From IMG/VR virus record IMGVR_UViG_3300037851_000941, positions 13,801 to 77,800 of that record: a stretch of DNA of 64,000 nt; one strand, written 5' to 3'. The notes beneath the pieces are model-generated. The model was not told where the DNA came from. It saw only the letters and a program-made list of their open reading frames with translations, and ran no database searches. Shown piece after piece: positions 37,054 through 46,552 of the stretch (within the stretch, counting starts at the first letter, position 1; every line of letters starts with the position of its first letter). The DNA comes from a virus. Taxonomy: Duplodnaviria > Caudoviricetes. Made by a program: the position numbers and the translations under genes.

Positions 37054-38706
37054 CTATGCCTGGGCGATGAGACGACCCCGGGGGCTGCCGCCCAGGGCGC
37101 CCAGCGGGTTCGCCAGCGCGGGGGCTACCGGGGCGTCCTCGTGCTGCCCCGTCCCGTTGCCGGCGTGGCTCCTGGCGGCGCGGCGCTCCCGGCGGCGCAG
37201 GCTGCGGCGCACCCGGCGGGCCAGCTCACGAGCGAACCAGGAGGCCATGAGGCGGTCGCCGGTGTGGGCACCCGGCTCGTAGCGGAGCATCTCGCAGAGC
37301 CACTCACGGACATCCTCGTCGCACTCCCCATGCACCGCGTCGCCGTGGCACCTGGCGCCGACGTTCGGCACGATCCAGCGGGCGGCCTCCATCTCGGCCG
37401 CCAGCGACTCGACGCCGAAGGACGGGTCGGCCTTGTTCCGGCCGGTCGTGAAGCGCGCCACCGGCAGCGTCACCTCCAGCTCGCGGGCGAACTGCACGAT
37501 GAAGTCCTGCGCCGCGTTGTTCTCCACGATGAACATGCCGCCGAAGGCGTCGTGCGTGCCCTCCATGCGGGTCAGGATCTCCCGGCCCTTCCAGCGACCG
37601 CCCTGGACGCGGATCACCTGGCGGTCGTCGTTCGGGTGAACGAACACGGAGAAGATGGTGGACACGTCGTTGTGCGCCAGCAGCCCGACGCCGAGGTCGA
37701 CGCCGTGGACCACGAACGAACCGGGCGGCAGCTCGTCGGGCAGCTCCTGGTAGGTCGGCACGCCGTCGCCCCTGAGCAGGCAGCCGTCCAGCCACTCGCC
37801 CCGGAACCGCCGGGCGGCCTCGTCGTAGGGCAGCAGCTCCATCTGGCGCCGGTACTCCAGCTCGCCGAAGTCCACCCGCTTCTCGGCCAGGCGCTCCGGG
37901 GGCCAGCGTCGCTCGTCCACTATCCTACCGTCCGCACTAACGATCGGGCACCGCTCGGTGGCCCAGCCGTCGCGCTCCAGCTCGTGCGCCAGGTCGTCGG
38001 GGTGCCAGGCGTTCGTCAGGAACATGACCTCGGCGCGCCTCGTGAGCCGGGAGAACAGCGTGGCGCGCACCCACTTGCTCACCGCCTCGCGCTGGGCGGC
38101 CGTCGCGGTGTTGTCGGCGTCCAGGATGTCGTCGAGCACCAGGATGTCGATGCGCGACCCCTGGATTGCACCGTGCAATCCGACCGCCTGCACGGTCGGG
38201 TCCCTGGTGAACACGCGCTCGCGCTGGATCACGATCTCGTTGTCGGCCCACTTCGGGCCGGGCAGCAGGTGCGGGTAGACCTCCCGCAGCTCGGCGCTCC
38301 GCTCGATCAGGCCCTTGAGCGCGCCGAGGGTCTTTTTTGCCTGCTTCTCGGTGTCGCTGACGATGGCCACGCGCAGCGTCGGGTCCTGGCCCAGCCGCCA
38401 GAGGACGCGACCGACGGCGAGCTGGCTCGACTTGCCGCTCTCCGGGAAGGCCCAGAGCACGAGGCGAGAGTGCCTCATCGCCATCTGCTGCCACCGCTCG
38501 TGATGCGGCAGCTGCACTAAGGGTTCGGCCGTCTCCTCGTCGCGGAGCACGTGCTCGACGAAGGTGCTGGGATCGGTGCGCGCCAGCGCCAGGCGCTGCA
38601 GGCGCAGCTCGGACCAGACCTCGCCCATGTCCACGCCGGCCTCGAGGTCGGGTGGCAGCGGGGCCGGCGTGGGCAGGGTGGCGTCAGCTCGCCGACGACG
38701 CGCCAC
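37054..38706 (-). CDS. Terminase large subunit
   Basis: Walker A FPESGKSSQ, Walker B ILVLDDI, nuclease VHGVDLG, HTGDRLMASWFA. Confidence 0.92.
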   Translation of the reverse strand: MARRRRADATLPTPAPLPPDLEAGVDMGEVWSELRLQRLALARTDPSTFVEHVLRDEETAEPLVQLPHHERWQQMAMRHSRLVLWAFPESGKSSQLAVGRVLWRLGQDPTLRVAIVSDTEKQAKKTLGALKGLIERSAELREVYPHLLPGPKWADNEIVIQRERVFTRDPTVQAVGLHGAIQGSRIDILVLDDILDADNTATAAQREAVSKWVRATLFSRLTRRAEVMFLTNAWHPDDLAHELERDGWATERCPIVSADGRIVDERRWPPERLAEKRVDFGELEYRRQMELLPYDEAARRFRGEWLDGCLLRGDGVPTYQELPDELPPGSFVVHGVDLGVGLLAHNDVSTIFSVFVHPNDDRQVIRVQGGRWKGREILTRMEGTHDAFGGMFIVENNAAQDFIVQFARELEVTLPVARFTTGRNKADPSFGVESLAAEMEAARWIVPNVGARCHGDAVHGECDEDVREWLCEMLRYEPGAHTGDRLMASWFARELARRVRRSLRRRERRAARSHAGNGTGQHEDAPVAPALANPLGALGGSPRGRLIAQA

Positions 38707-39406
38707 CGTCGCTCGCCCTCCCCCCGGGCAGCGCCACCAGGCCGTGCTTCACGCGCTGCACGGCGCGGCTCGTGGCCTCGAACTCGCGCACCACCTCCTC
38801 CAGCGTGGCGGTGGTGCCCACGATCTCCGTGGGCTCGCCCAGGAGCAGGCGCTCCATGCGCACCACCTCGGCGGCGGCCTCCGACGCCCGCTGAACGATC
38901 CGGGCCAGCGTGTCCATGGCGCGCATGCGCTGCGGCAGGCTGAGCACCTGGCCGTTCGAGCTGTCCTTGCCGGCGCGCAGCTCGCCCTCAAGTATGCGAG
39001 CCTGCTCGATCATTCCCCGCAGCGCGTGGCCGGTGATGCCGACCAGCGCCGCGACGTTTCCCCTTTGCGCCCGAACCAGCTCCGCTTCCTGCTTCCGGGT
39101 GCGCGCCAGGTCCTCACGGGCCTTTCGTGAGTTCTCGCGCTGGGTTCGACGCCGATCCTCGAGGTCGAGGGCGGCCTGGCGGGCGTGCTCGTCGGCCATG
39201 CTGGCGCGGGCGGCGATCTGCTCGTCGGTGATGACGCGCTGGATGGCAGGGCGGTTCACCCGTGGGTAGCCGACGGCCCAGGCGCGGCGGGCGGTGGCGC
39301 GCGACACGCCCACGATCTCGGCGGCTTGGGTGATGTTGCCGGGGTTGCGGCGGAACGCCTCGGTGAGGGCGTCGTACAGGTTGTCCGGGATGGGGCGGTT
39401 GGCCAT
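38684..39406 (-). CDS. Terminase small subunit (HTH)
   Basis: NITQAAEIVGVSRATARRAW HTH followed by coiled coil; immediately upstream of TerL. Confidence 0.7.
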   Translation of the reverse strand: MANRPIPDNLYDALTEAFRRNPGNITQAAEIVGVSRATARRAWAVGYPRVNRPAIQRVITDEQIAARASMADEHARQAALDLEDRRRTQRENSRKAREDLARTRKQEAELVRAQRGNVAALVGITGHALRGMIEQARILEGELRAGKDSSNGQVLSLPQRMRAMDTLARIVQRASEAAAEVVRMERLLLGEPTEIVGTTATLEEVVREFEATSRAVQRVKHGLVALPGGRASDGGASSAS

Positions 39407-39501
39407 TCGTGGGCTCGTTTCTGCCTCCCGCCTACTTACCACCGATGTCGTGGCGGGCAAAGTGTGCGGTGGTGGTCACGTTCGGGATGGCCGCTGGCCA
39501 G

Positions 39502-40095
39502 CTACGGGCTGGCGAACCGGGCGTGGGCGCGGCCCTCCACGCTGTCGGGGCCGGTGCCCCAGACCAGGGCGTTCGTGTGGCCGCTGTCCCACCGCTCCAG
39601 GCCGTGGATGACCTCGTGGACGGTGGGCGAGCCCCGCTCGATGCTGGCCCCGATGAGCGAGGCGCGGATGGTGGCACCGAGCGGGCCACTGCCGATGGCC
39701 CTGGGGATCTGCCCGCGCACGGCGCACGTCCGGGGTCCCATGGGGGCGAGGTCGCCCTGCCAGGCGGCCTCGTAGGCGGCGTCGGGCAGGAAGTGAAAGG
39801 TGAAGCCGGCCAGCTGGCGGCAGGGGTCGAGGCGCCCCCGGTCGTGCTCGCGCCAGGACTCCCCGGTGACCACCACGGCGCGCAGGCACGCCTGGGCGAG
39901 CCAGCGCAGCGTGGCGTCGTCGATGTCGGGCACGGCCCGGTCCACGATGGTCGTGACGCGGCCGTAGCAGGGGTGGGGCACGTCCACGCGGCGCCCGGCC
40001 GGGTAGCGCACCCGCCGGCACAGGGTCAGGCCGACGACGGCGATGGCGACGGCGCCGATGATGGTCAGGGTGAGCACGATCCACTGCGGTTCCAT
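39502..40095 (-). CDS. Membrane-anchored protein with HExxH motif
   Basis: N-terminal TM segment WIVLTLTIIGAVAIAVVGLTL; TVHEVIHGL. Confidence 0.6.
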   Translation of the reverse strand: MEPQWIVLTLTIIGAVAIAVVGLTLCRRVRYPAGRRVDVPHPCYGRVTTIVDRAVPDIDDATLRWLAQACLRAVVVTGESWREHDRGRLDPCRQLAGFTFHFLPDAAYEAAWQGDLAPMGPRTCAVRGQIPRAIGSGPLGATIRASLIGASIERGSPTVHEVIHGLERWDSGHTNALVWGTGPDSVEGRAHARFASP

Positions 40096-40122
40096 GTTTC
40101 GGGGCTTTCTGGGGAAGAGGGG

Positions 40123-40459
40123 TCAGCGGGACGGTTCGGAGGTGTTCGGAGGTGTCCGGCGGCGGCGCGGGCAGGAAGACATCGTAGCGCCAGGCCGGCA
40201 GCCGCAGGGAGCCCCGCGACTGGATGTCCACGGCGACCACGCGGAGGCGCTGGCCGGGCGGCAGCGACAGCGCGTGGAGCTGGGCGAGCAGCGGGCCAAG
40301 GGGCTCCCGGACCGGGTCGAGGAGCAGGGCGCGACCGTCGTCCAGTCGGACCACCGCCGCCGCGCCCTCCCAGGCGGTCAGGGTGCCCTCGAAGCCGTCC
40401 CCGCGCTGCCTGGGCAGCCAGGGCTCCGGGGGCATGGCGCGCACCCACCGGGCGGTCAC
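40123..40459 (-). pseudogene. Hypothetical protein whose stop is bypassed by a 10-bp duplication
   Basis: GTG 40459; ttcggaggtg x2 at 40135-40154; with one copy the ORF ends at TGA 40123 (109 codons). Confidence 0.45.
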
Positions 40460-40752
40460 CGGACCACCCTCCTGATGCGGGCCAGGCGCTCCTCGGCCTC
40501 GAGATATCGGGCTGCCCAGTCCGCGCGCTCCTTTCGGGCGGCATCGAGGTGCTCCAGGATGATGCGCACGGCCGAGGCGGCGCGCTCGTGGAACTCCCGC
40601 CCGGCCCCGCCGTAGGCTGCGTGGGCCTCGTGCCACTCGGCCAGCTCGTGGACCGTGTGCATGACGGGGTCAGTCTCCCTCGGTGTGCGATCGCTCACTG
40701 CTAGGGTCCCCGTGTCGGTGCTGCTGCCGTAGCCAGGCATCGAACTCGTCAT
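40456..40752 (-). CDS. Hypothetical protein (start uncertain)
   Basis: Helical C-terminus; stop overlaps next start. Confidence 0.5.
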   Translation of the reverse strand: MTSSMPGYGSSTDTGTLAVSDRTPRETDPVMHTVHELAEWHEAHAAYGGAGREFHERAASAVRIILEHLDAARKERADWAARYLEAEERLARIRRVVR

Positions 40753-40969
40753 CGGTGCAGCCGCAGCGCAGGGCGTGGTCGTGGCTCCGGTAGCCCAGCT
40801 CCCGCGCCCACGCTGTCCATCGGCCCATGATCCACTCCGAGTAGTGCGTCGTCCAGGGCAGGCGCACGCCGCCCACGGTCACGAGCGGCAGGTCCTCCCC
40901 GGAGCGCCGTGTGATGGCCTCGCGGGGCAGGCCGACCACTCTCAGCCAGATGATCACCCGGGGGTTCAC
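40670..40969 (-). CDS. Hypothetical protein
   Basis: 99 aa, GTGA coupling. Confidence 0.55.
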   Translation of the reverse strand: MNPRVIIWLRVVGLPREAITRRSGEDLPLVTVGGVRLPWTTHYSEWIMGRWTAWARELGYRSHDHALRCGCTDDEFDAWLRQQHRHGDPSSERSHTEGD

Positions 40970-41382
40970 GGCGCCGCCTCGTCGTCATTAGGCACGCCTT
41001 GGGGGGCGGGCGCGGGACTACTGGCGTACCAGTCCTCGTCGCGCCACGGGCACCGACCGGCCCGAATGGCGGCCCACTCCTCGTCGGTCGGGGGTCGGAA
41101 GCGCCCTCGCGGGTGCGTCGTGCAGGAGTCGGGCACGTCACAGAGTGCCGCAGACAGGCCGTCGAGCAGGTACTGTCCGGCCCAGATCGAGATGCCGAGC
41201 GGCGCGTCGTCCAGGCCCAGGTCCTCGAGCTGCACGCAACCGGTCTCCTGTTGCTCGAACTGCACGTGAGGCCCGGCGGTCCAGAGCACGCACCCGGTGC
41301 CCCCGCCGTCCGAGGCCACGACCGCGAGCGATTCGCGGTCCCAGTCGTAGTCGTTCCAGTCGTGGATGCGCGTGTCTGTCAT
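40966..41382 (-). CDS. Unknown protein, paralogue A
   Basis: LEDLGLDDAPLGISIWAG...PRGRFRPPTDEEW; ATGA coupling. Confidence 0.7.
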   Translation of the reverse strand: MTDTRIHDWNDYDWDRESLAVVASDGGGTGCVLWTAGPHVQFEQQETGCVQLEDLGLDDAPLGISIWAGQYLLDGLSAALCDVPDSCTTHPRGRFRPPTDEEWAAIRAGRCPWRDEDWYASSPAPAPQGVPNDDEAAP

Positions 41383-42080
41383 TCCCCGGCCTCCTGCTTC
41401 GCACGCTCGCGCAGCCAGCCGGCCACGACTGCCCAGGCGTCGGAGCCGGGGCGCTCGATGCTGGGGGTGGAGCGGTCGAGCACGCGCCGTTGCGGGTCGC
41501 AGTGATCGGCTGCGTCCAGCAAGGCGACGGCGCGGGCTGTCCGTAGACGCTCCTCCAGCGCCTTCCGGGCCTCGGCCTCGCGCTCCGCGAGCTTCGTCGC
41601 GTTGTTGAGCAGCACGTGCTGCTCCTCGACCGAGCCCGACTCGGGCAGTGGCTCCTGCTGCTCCTCCGTTTCCAGCGCGCACCGCTTGCAGCGGGTGGGG
41701 CCGCCAGGCGTGAGGCAGCCGCAGTCGATGCACTCCCGGACCGTGCAGCCCAGGTCGTGGACGAAGCCCTCCGTCCCGGTGTACTCGCTTGGTGTAGGGG
41801 GAGGAGGCGGCGGGTCGCATCGACGGATCTCGATCCTGCGCCGCTCGATGCCATATGCCAGGTCGCGCAGGGCGGTCTCGTGGAGGCGCGGCTCGTCGAT
41901 GCCGTGCCAGCACGGAGCGCCCAGCGCGTCGGTGCCGCACCGCTCTACGACCGAGCGGCGCACTGGGGCGCCACCGTACCCGCTGCTGTCCTCCCACGCC
42001 ACGATGCGCCAGCACGGCGCGTCGCTGATGCTGCCCCACTGCACCACGACGTGGCGCGGCCTACATTCCTGCTCGCTCAT
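41379..42080 (-). CDS. Hypothetical protein with CxxC zinc-finger-like motifs
   Basis: CIDCGC...RCKRC. Confidence 0.6.
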   Translation of the reverse strand: MSEQECRPRHVVVQWGSISDAPCWRIVAWEDSSGYGGAPVRRSVVERCGTDALGAPCWHGIDEPRLHETALRDLAYGIERRRIEIRRCDPPPPPPTPSEYTGTEGFVHDLGCTVRECIDCGCLTPGGPTRCKRCALETEEQQEPLPESGSVEEQHVLLNNATKLAEREAEARKALEERLRTARAVALLDAADHCDPQRRVLDRSTPSIERPGSDAWAVVAGWLRERAKQEAGE

Positions 42081-42280
42081 GATCTACCTCCCTTGCCCAC
42101 CTTCACGACGGTCGCCTCGATGCCGTAGTCGCCTTCCAGCTCGACGACTGACAAGATAATGGTCTTGCCATTGTCTAGCTGGAGCCACCGCACGTTCCCA
42201 AACGGACGGCCACTGGGGCTGACAGTCCGCTCCTGATGCACCTCCACGATCTTGCGCCCCACCACATCGGACGCTTTCAT
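42077..42280 (-). CDS. Hypothetical protein
   Basis: 67 aa, SD present, ATGA coupling. Confidence 0.6.
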   Translation of the reverse strand: MKASDVVGRKIVEVHQERTVSPSGRPFGNVRWLQLDNGKTIILSVVELEGDYGIEATVVKVGKGGRS

Positions 42281-42912
42281 GGCTCCTCCTTTTGCTGGTC
42301 TATCGGCCCGACCAGCTCCCGCGACAGGTCCATGGGGCGCCTGGCGCGGCCGGCCTGCTGCGCGGCGTCGTGGCAGGAGCAGGCTCCCCGGCACATGCAG
42401 GACGGCCCGTGGAAGTGATCGCACGGGTGGATCGCGCTCTCCGGCTCCCGGTCGCGCGCAGCCTCCCACGCCTCGCGCACGGCCCGTACTGCGAACGGCT
42501 CTGGGGCACCCGCATCGATCCAGTCTTGCTCGCTCCAGGGAGCGCGCCCGGCAGCCACCGAGGCCAGCTCCTCGGCCGTCAGCGGCCGGAACCCGCCGCG
42601 CGGCTCGACCTCGCCCACCGAGCTGTCCTCACGCTCCGGGAAAAACACGTACCAGCCCTCCCAGATCGATAGACCGGCCGGTGCGTCCGCGAGGCCCAGG
42701 TCGTCGAGGCGCTCAAAGCCGTTCTCCTCGACCTCGAAGGCCAGGTCGCCGCCAACCCAGTGCAGCACGGCCCCGCGATTCTGCGTGCCCCGGGCGCCGT
42801 TGGAGGCCACCACAGCGCGGGACGGCAGGCACCGCCAGCCGCGCTCGGTGGCCCACGAGTTCCACCGGGTCTGCTTGCCCGCACCGGGCAGCGAGAAGAT
42901 GTCCGTGGTCAC
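42277..42912 (-). CDS. Unknown protein, paralogue B, with Cys/His-rich tail
   Basis: LDDLGLADAPAGLSIWEG...PRGGFRPLTAEE; HPCDHFHGPSCMCRGACSCH. Confidence 0.7.
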   Translation of the reverse strand: MTTDIFSLPGAGKQTRWNSWATERGWRCLPSRAVVASNGARGTQNRGAVLHWVGGDLAFEVEENGFERLDDLGLADAPAGLSIWEGWYVFFPEREDSSVGEVEPRGGFRPLTAEELASVAAGRAPWSEQDWIDAGAPEPFAVRAVREAWEAARDREPESAIHPCDHFHGPSCMCRGACSCHDAAQQAGRARRPMDLSRELVGPIDQQKEEP

Positions 42913-43136
42913 AGAGCCCCTCCGGTGGTCGCGCCCACGGCGGGGTTGAGGTCTGCCGGAGTAAGCCAGCGCCAGGCACGAGACCCGTCGTGCCACCGCA
43001 GCGAGGCACTCTTGCCGTCCGGCCACTGCAGGGTCGCCATGTCCGAGTAGCTCGGGGAGACCGAGATAACAGCGGGCTCCCCCGCTCGCTCCCCCACTGC
43101 CATTGCCCACAACTGCTGCCACCTGTCGTCGCTCAT
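42909..43136 (-). CDS. Hypothetical protein
   Basis: 75 aa, coupled starts and stops. Confidence 0.55.
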   Translation of the reverse strand: MSDDRWQQLWAMAVGERAGEPAVISVSPSYSDMATLQWPDGKSASLRWHDGSRAWRWLTPADLNPAVGATTGGAL

Positions 43137-44197
43137 CGTTCGCCTCCTTGCTCGTCCTCTACCTGCTCGTTCTCGTGGCACGCCGCGCACACCATCTTGC
43201 CGGCAATGTCCTTGTCCTGCCCCGGCATCACGGGCTCGTCGCAGCGGTCGCAGAGCCCCAGCGGCTCCACGTCCGTCGTCTTGGGCGCCGGCAGCCGCAG
43301 CGTGCGGCAGATCATGTCGCGCTCGTTCGCGAACACCGGGGCATGGACGCACTTAATGATCTGCCGCACCCGCACCTCGGCCGAGGCCCTCTTGCTGCCG
43401 ATCTCCATCAGGCCGCACGTCTGCATCTCCATGATCGCGTCGAGTGCCCGGTCGGCCGCCACCACCAGGTTGTGATCGGTGTCCCCGAAGTCGTGCCGCT
43501 CCATCGCCGCCAGGCAGTGCTGGAGCGCCACGCGCATGTCGTCCACCACCCGCACGGCCAGGTCGCGCATGCTCTCCGCGCCGTGTCTGGCCACCTCCGC
43601 GTCCGAGAGCCGGCTGTCCTTCGACGCCTGCTCCAACGAAAGGCGTGACTCAAGGTCCCGTTTCTCGGCGAGCAGCCCGGCTATCTGCGCGGCGTCCTCC
43701 CGGTGCTTCTGCCGCGCCGCCCACGCCTCGTGCAGCGCGGGCGTCCAGCGCGGGTCCGCCTTGTCGTCGTGCGGCATCTTCGGATCGCCGCACAGCTCGC
43801 TCGCCACCATCGACAGCTGCGCCGATGTCAGCGCGTGGACGGCGCGCGTCTTGTCCAGGGCCTCCTCGGCCGCTGCAGCCCTCGCGCCTAGCTCCCGGTA
43901 GCCGTCGAGCCTCTGGTCGGCTGCACGCTCGACCATGAAGCAATAGTTGGCCTGCGCCTCGTCGCGCTCCCGCATGAGCGCGCCGGCGCGATCCTCGGCT
44001 TCGCGCCACGCGAGGTGCTCGCGCAGGACCTCGACGCACCAGGCGCACGAGCTGCCGTGCTCCCCATGCTCGCGGTAACACTGGATCGGATGACCGCACC
44101 GCATGACGGCGGGCGCAGCCCCGGTACCGTCGCAGAGCAGACATCCGTTCTCGGCCGCGCTAGATGAGCCCGTGCCGTTGCAGCGCGGGCAGATCAT
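43133..44197 (-). CDS. Coiled-coil protein with DnaJ-type CxxCxGxG zinc finger
   Basis: CPRCNGTG...CLLCDGTG; C-terminal CDRC..CAAC. Confidence 0.65.
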   Translation of the reverse strand: MICPRCNGTGSSSAAENGCLLCDGTGAAPAVMRCGHPIQCYREHGEHGSSCAWCVEVLREHLAWREAEDRAGALMRERDEAQANYCFMVERAADQRLDGYRELGARAAAAEEALDKTRAVHALTSAQLSMVASELCGDPKMPHDDKADPRWTPALHEAWAARQKHREDAAQIAGLLAEKRDLESRLSLEQASKDSRLSDAEVARHGAESMRDLAVRVVDDMRVALQHCLAAMERHDFGDTDHNLVVAADRALDAIMEMQTCGLMEIGSKRASAEVRVRQIIKCVHAPVFANERDMICRTLRLPAPKTTDVEPLGLCDRCDEPVMPGQDKDIAGKMVCAACHENEQVEDEQGGER

Positions 44198-44469
44198 GGC
44201 TGCCTCCCGCGCAGCGCCCGCACGCGGTCGAGAGCATCCTCCCATGTGTCGGCCGTCTGTTCGCACCCGAGGACGGTCATGAGCTGCTCCAGCATCTGGC
44301 GCGCGATCATCGTGCTCATCAACCCCACCTCGTCGGCAGGGCGCCAACCGGCATCGCGCAGGTCCTGTTCACTCGCGTACTCGATCTCATGGGGGCGTGG
44401 TGCCTCGGACGCCCTGTACGGCGCCGTGAGCAGCGCCCATGGTTGTCTGTGGTCGTACGTGATCGGCAT
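44194..44469 (-). CDS. Hypothetical protein
   Basis: 91 aa, TGATG coupling. Confidence 0.55.
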   Translation of the reverse strand: MPITYDHRQPWALLTAPYRASEAPRPHEIEYASEQDLRDAGWRPADEVGLMSTMIARQMLEQLMTVLGCEQTADTWEDALDRVRALRGRQP

Positions 44470-44702
44470 CAGGTCCTCCCGCCGCGCAGCAGGCCGGCCA
44501 GGTGCCGGCTGGCCTCGTGGCCGGTCGCAAACCCCCGGCGCTCGATCTCCACCTCCTCGATGCCGTCCCCGTCGTCGATGACCTGCTCGGTGAGCAGCAC
44601 GAGGTCGCACGGCCCTTCCAAGTCGCAGTCGTCCTCGTCCCGCCAGCCGGCGGCAGGCCGGCCTTTCGGCACCACCCGCATGATGCAGTAACGCTCGCTC
44701 AT
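44469..44702 (-). CDS. Acidic hypothetical protein
   Basis: 77 aa, ATGA coupling. Confidence 0.55.
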   Translation of the reverse strand: MSERYCIMRVVPKGRPAAGWRDEDDCDLEGPCDLVLLTEQVIDDGDGIEEVEIERRGFATGHEASRHLAGLLRGGRT

Positions 44703-44911
44703 CGTTCTTGCTCCTTTCGTTCCTCTTGCTCCTTGGCCCCGCACTCCTGCGCGTGGTCCCAGACCTCGCGCGGCCCCCGGCACCGGAAGCCGCACTCGCA
44801 CCCGTACCAGCGCGACCACGCGACCAGGTTGTCGCCGGCCGGCGCCAGGAAGCGCCCCAGCGCCATCGTCTCGGCATGCACGAACCCGCGACGCCCGTCA
44901 CTGCCGATCAT
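44699..44911 (-). CDS. Small zinc-finger-like protein
   Basis: CECG...HAQEC. Confidence 0.5.
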   Translation of the reverse strand: MIGSDGRRGFVHAETMALGRFLAPAGDNLVAWSRWYGCECGFRCRGPREVWDHAQECGAKEQEERKEQER

Positions 44912-45117
44912 GCGCCGTAGCCCTCCTCCCACTCTGCCTCGTAGAGCAGCGCCTCCCAGGCGGCCTCGTCAATGCCTGTGAGTTCGCGCGCCAGCTCGAA
45001 CGTGCGCCGGTACGTGAGCCCACGCGCTCGCAGGGCGTCAACGGCCCGCGCCGCCGCCCCGGGGCTTCGCCCGCGCACGGCGGTCTCCAGTAGCTCCTTG
45101 ATCGTCATCGCCACCAC
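44908..45117 (-). CDS. Hypothetical HTH-like protein
   Basis: 69 aa; GLTYRRTFELARELTG. Confidence 0.5.
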   Translation of the reverse strand: MVAMTIKELLETAVRGRSPGAAARAVDALRARGLTYRRTFELARELTGIDEAAWEALLYEAEWEEGYGA

Positions 45118-45520
45118 CTCCTGCTCCTTGGTTCTTACTCGTCAACTCTCGCTCCATGGCCGCCGCCAGCAGGCGACGCAGCTCGGACAGGACCAGCGCC
45201 GGCACCCGGCTGCCCACCGGGCAGTCCACGGTGCCGACGGCGCCGTCCAGCTCCACCTCCACCACCCTCTTAATGACGCGCCTCTCGTGCAGGCAGGAGA
45301 AGCGCCGGCCCGCGATGATGCCCGAGCGGGCGCGGGCTATGTGGCGACCCAGCGGCCGATACCACGGGCCGTCATACGTGGGATAGAACGCCTCGGCCAC
45401 GTTCAGGCAAGCGTGGCGAAGGCGCTCCCGGCAGGCCGCTGCCTTGCACCACGGGCAGATGAGGCGTCGTTGGTGCTCGGCGACCAGCCGCCGCCAGTTG
45501 TCCCGCAGCGTGCCGCTCAT
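45038..45520 (-). CDS. Hypothetical protein
   Basis: ATGA coupling; 3' end overlaps the next gene. Confidence 0.5.
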   Translation of the reverse strand: MSGTLRDNWRRLVAEHQRRLICPWCKAAACRERLRHACLNVAEAFYPTYDGPWYRPLGRHIARARSGIIAGRRFSCLHERRVIKRVVEVELDGAVGTVDCPVGSRVPALVLSELRRLLAAAMERELTSKNQGAGGGGDDDQGATGDRRARAKPRGGGAGR

Positions 45521-45723
45521 CGCTGCTCGGTCCGCTGGAGCATGCGCAGCGAGCGCATGAGCTGCCGGAGCATCTCCCCGTCGAGGTGGCAGCCGGCGGC
45601 CGGCTCGCTCTCGCCCCGACGACAGATGCCCAGCCAGACGCCGCGCTCGCCCTCCTCGGCCCGCAGCACCAGGCTCCCGTTCCAGCCCGGCAGCCGCACC
45701 TCGCGCGTCGCCTTGTTAGCCAC
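45517..45723 (-). CDS. Hypothetical protein
   Basis: 68 aa from GTG with SD. Confidence 0.5.
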   Translation of the reverse strand: MANKATREVRLPGWNGSLVLRAEEGERGVWLGICRRGESEPAAGCHLDGEMLRQLMRSLRMLQRTEQR

Positions 45724-45922
45724 GCCCCGCTTCCTCCTCGTAAGGGCCGAACTCACCCGCGCCGTCGAAGTCGTAGCGCCCGTCCGGGCTCTCGACGACG
45801 ACCCCATAGTGGTAGTCGTGGGCCAACCTCCTGGCCCTGTCGTAGCACTCGTCCTCAGGGCCGACGAACAACACCGCCCCGGGGGAGCCTGGCTCTATCA
45901 CCCGCACGCTGTACTGCCTCAT
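45716..45922 (-). CDS. Hypothetical protein
   Basis: 68 aa, AGGAGG SD, ATGA coupling. Confidence 0.55.
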   Translation of the reverse strand: MRQYSVRVIEPGSPGAVLFVGPEDECYDRARRLAHDYHYGVVVESPDGRYDFDGAGEFGPYEEEAGRG

Positions 45923-46332
45923 CTGTCCTCCTCCTTTCCTTCCTCCTCGTCTAGCCACGTCTCCCACCACGCCTGCGCAATGCGCATGGCCAGGTCCATC
46001 ACGGACGAGCCCACGCCGCCGCACCAGTCGCAGGTGTGCAGCGTGTCGGTCTTGCCGTCGAACAGGCACCCCTGGCCCGAGCACTGGGAGCACGCGGGCA
46101 GGCCGGCGCGCCACTCTATATGAATGGCGCGCACGCCGCCGAACCGGTCACCCGGGCGCTCGTGAACAAAGGACAGCTGCGCCGTCCCGGGATCGCCCTC
46201 GGCCCTGGGGTCGCGCCCCAGGATGCGAAGGCGCGGCATGAGCGGGTGAGCTGGCTCCGCTGCGATGGACAGATGACCGGGCCTGTGAACCCATCGCAGC
46301 TGCCGCACGGCAGCGAGGTCACGGCTCGCCAC
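45919..46332 (-). CDS. Zinc-finger hypothetical protein
   Basis: CSQCSGQG...CDWCGGVG; start uncertain. Confidence 0.55.
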   Translation of the reverse strand: MASRDLAAVRQLRWVHRPGHLSIAAEPAHPLMPRLRILGRDPRAEGDPGTAQLSFVHERPGDRFGGVRAIHIEWRAGLPACSQCSGQGCLFDGKTDTLHTCDWCGGVGSSVMDLAMRIAQAWWETWLDEEEGKEEDR

Positions 46333-46552
46333 GGTCCACCCGGCCCTTGCGCTCGCGCTCGTCCACGATGAGCCCGCCCACAAAGAACGCCAGCTCGCCC
46401 TTGCGCATGTGGTCGACGCGCATGCGCTGGCCGGTCAGCCGGTCGACCACGTTTACCACGCGGCCGGGCGACTCGGCCACGTAGCGGGACATGACGCCCT
46501 TGCGCTCGAACTCCCGATTGAGCTTGGCGCGCAGCTCAGCCATGGGACCCAT
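46319..46552 (-). CDS. Hypothetical protein
   Basis: 77 aa with AGGAGG SD. Confidence 0.55.
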   Translation of the reverse strand: MGPMAELRAKLNREFERKGVMSRYVAESPGRVVNVVDRLTGQRMRVDHMRKGELAFFVGGLIVDERERKGRVDRGEP

